From a virus: a DNA stretch of 64,000 nt. The stretch lies in IMG/VR virus record IMGVR_UViG_3300044678_002668, positions 1 through 64,000 of that record; one strand, 5' to 3'. Positions 62,701-64,000 of this stretch are shown here, piece by piece. The notes beneath the pieces were generated by a model that was not told the origin of the DNA, did no database searches, and was given only the letters and a program-made list of their open reading frames with translations. The translations under genes and the position numbers were made by a program. The stretch's first letter is position 1; every line of letters starts with the position of its first letter.

Positions 62701-64000
62701 GCTAAATGAGAAGTGATAACACGGGCTCCTTGAGCTGATACGATGGTTTGATTAGCAGGAAGAGTAATTACTAAAGTAGAGCCAGTAGAAAGAGCTTCAG
62801 CATCAAACCTACCTACAACTCCACCATGAATTCTAAGATCTGCTGTTGTTCCAGAAGTTAAATCTAAAACAGATCCCATATCATTAACAAGCTGTACTAG
62901 ACTTGTTCCATCATACCGTTTAATGCGGTAGTAAGTATTAGCAATAGCACCGCCAGGTAAACTACCAATAAAACGAGCCTTGAACCCTTCATAAGCGTAT
63001 AACGTAGAGTCATTTAGGATATTTAAAGTAGTGTCTAAACTGACTCCAGTCCTTTCAATGTAGGAGTCAGGAAAAGCCACATAGCACTCATCTCCCACTT
63101 GGAGATTATGAGAACCTGACAAGGTTAAAGTATAAGTTTGACCAGAACTTGTAAAAGAGTTTACATCAAGTCCTTCAAAACCCTCTACACTAAGTACATT
63201 AATGTCCAAAGTATGTTTAGTGCGAGTATTAGCAGCAAATAAACTTCCTTGAAATTGAGTTAAATCCTTAGCAAAAGGAGGAGTGTAGTTGGATTGTAAA
63301 AGTCCCTCTCCACTAAATTCATTAGTGTATAAGAATGCAGACACTTCCCAAACTTCAGCGGTGGTGGTGTCTGTTAAATCTACATATCCTTTAGCAATAT
63401 CTTCAGAGGTGAGAACATGTTCAGCTACTTGCTGCATTTCATCGTTAGGAACTACAGCCGTGGCTAAAAGATCTAAAGAGCTTGTAAAAGGATTGTTACT
63501 GCGATATACCTGAACAAAGTAGTCTGTAGTGAGATTTTCAGGTAGCAATATACGTAAATCTACATTACAAGTATTAGAGCTTACGTTAGTGATAATTACT
63601 CGATTAGAAGGAGCACCTAAAAGTAAGTTGCTATTGTTGTCATTATATCCAACCACAATGCGATAGGCCACCTTAGATAAAGGTAGCATAAAGCCCGTAG
63701 TGGTGTAGTTAGTGTTTAAAATAGGATCTAAAGCTTGAGGAATTCCAGCATCTAATAGCTTGTTTTCTCCAGAAGAAGCGATAAAAGCATTTGTAGAAGA
63801 GCTGATCTTTTTAATACCTTGAGACGTGGTGACGTATAAGTTTCCATTAACTTCAGCAGATCTAACTCTACGTCCAGTTTCAGTGGGAGCGCATTCAGCA
63901 TCTGTGCTGCCATCTGCTTGTTTAAAAGTCTGTAAAGTGGTAGAGGACCCATCATCATAAGCTAGATTGGTACCATATTGGGCTAAAATACGGTCTCTAT
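59754..64000 (-). CDS. tail nozzle / tubular protein B-like (5' end outside window)
   Basis: frame stays open past the track start 63689 to the window end; NRLYFSK..PE.FP beta-propeller-type motifs; several HGL..GD inserts. Confidence 0.7.
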   Translation of the reverse strand, partial: RDRILAQYGTNLAYDDGSSTTLQTFKQADGSTDAECAPTETGRRVRSAEVNGNLYVTTSQGIKKISSSTNAFIASSGENKLLDAGIPQALDPILNTNYTTTGFMLPLSKVAYRIVVGYNDNNSNLLLGAPSNRVIITNVSSNTCNVDLRILLPENLTTDYFVQVYRSNNPFTSSLDLLATAVVPNDEMQQVAEHVLTSEDIAKGYVDLTDTTTAEVWEVSAFLYTNEFSGEGLLQSNYTPPFAKDLTQFQGSLFAANTRTKHTLDINVLSVEGFEGLDVNSFTSSGQTYTLTLSGSHNLQVGDECYVAFPDSYIERTGVSLDTTLNILNDSTLYAYEGFKARFIGSLPGGAIANTYYRIKRYDGTSLVQLVNDMGSVLDLTSGTTADLRIHGGVVGRFDAEALSTGSTLVITLPANQTIVSAQGARVITSHLALQKEGALGYLKYYIGGSTGKFTLKVTDSTLDTLSSFEDKLFYLNSYDGQRKYYFYTSDNETAPPLSTITFPETAQRIPVNIVQTSSEVTVSSVLGTVATTTTNHGLSTGDLIALGTLGVTGAVAGDQLYVLKLTDTTFSVTPTYNGAALSLTGAGTLFKKSNKAQVAANLVEALTAFGDWKNLKAYELSFEPDDLDLLNDSILITSHGLSTGDQIYITSSGTGPITSVIMGSSGYYVNVLNANEFKLYRDSGLTTLVNFTSIGTGVHTIHSNRITAENATSGWWGLPSSAVNQDLYVDTSSTGAFSASLLSRAFGEVLVEDKLLVKRSDFITVSDKIDETARSLIKVANTDPDNTFVKLFYTSGTQDFTPRITFTANTLEDNEIFLGFRDTVGTAGRDDFEPTLPEVLGGSCNGATIITVTTDVAHGLLVGDEVGLELPTYSGVYEVLTAPTSTIFTVELPGAETAGRVLWYKATVFSAASTNPNRLYFSKYQQPEAFPLLNYVDLGAKNKAIERILALRDSLLVLKEDGVFRVTGTQAPNFTTYPLDLTNFILAPDSAVVLSNLVYMFSNQGIVAVSDSGVQVISRSIENKLFPLLNNSDFKFLTFGISYETDRALILYVPSSSDDTSASQCYRYNLFTQSWTNWNKPATSGLVSLSSNKLYLGVADLAVVEEERKNFDRTDYADREFNTEFTTNFYIYADKELLLPSIALVKAGDALLQTQYVTLADIKNLSLKLALDASIPSGSVSFYQNFSVLPGSNLTTLMSALVTQLNADLSTAFVAPSDPNPATFQTQYNAFIDSLNLSLVPSFSDYKHSVGTKLYETNITEVLSNVRIVKIDDTPPFVVGPSLHVKAIESDLIYAPISLGDPSMMKQVRETTTLFENTTFKNASMGYATDLDASYDFVNFTMQGSGTWGNFNWGESVYGGSGPSYPFRTYLPREKQRGRYWFFRLKHNVARHTFSLLGVSVVPSSASERAYRG

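Noticed and set aside
5034-63958. Many antisense or alternate-frame ORFs in the track (e.g. 6637..6825, 10606..10971, 31615..32109, 53799..54197, 61627..61995)
   Set aside because: Shadows of longer, well-supported genes.
1-64000. Frequent AGCT/AAGCTT words
   Set aside because: Explained by GCT (Ala) and CTT (Leu) codon preference after AAA/GAA codons; no positional pattern seen.

Overview
The whole window is a slice of a tailed dsDNA phage genome, probably podovirus-like and lytic (no integrase, tRNA, rRNA or CRISPR array seen). Virion genes lie on the minus strand at both ends. At 1-13.1 kb are terminases, portal, a large coiled-coil protein, a lysozyme-like protein and tail/fibre-like proteins. 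At 51.2-64 kb are a nozzle-like protein, ejection-type proteins and a holin. The major capsid gene is not in the window. The plus strand between them carries a clpP-like/thyA unit, an early control region with divergent promoters and iteron-like repeats (17.2-18.3 kb), an accessory region, a MoxR-type AAA+/VWA pair and a replication/nucleotide module (intein-containing class II RNR, dUTPase, deaminase, exonuclease, primase-helicase, PolA). Three features stand out. (1) About 35 translationally coupled 38-63 aa aromatic-rich micro-proteins, mostly below the ORF-track cutoff, sit in seven tandem arrays; almost all begin M-x-x-[L/I], and several arrays have their own paralog motif. (2) A ~400-nt densely base-paired non-coding element (27.6-28.0 kb) lies among those arrays. 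(3) An 11-mer TAACAAATAAT, a putative late promoter, precedes four virion-gene starts and also points into that structured element. Micro-ORF translations and motif searches were done by eye.
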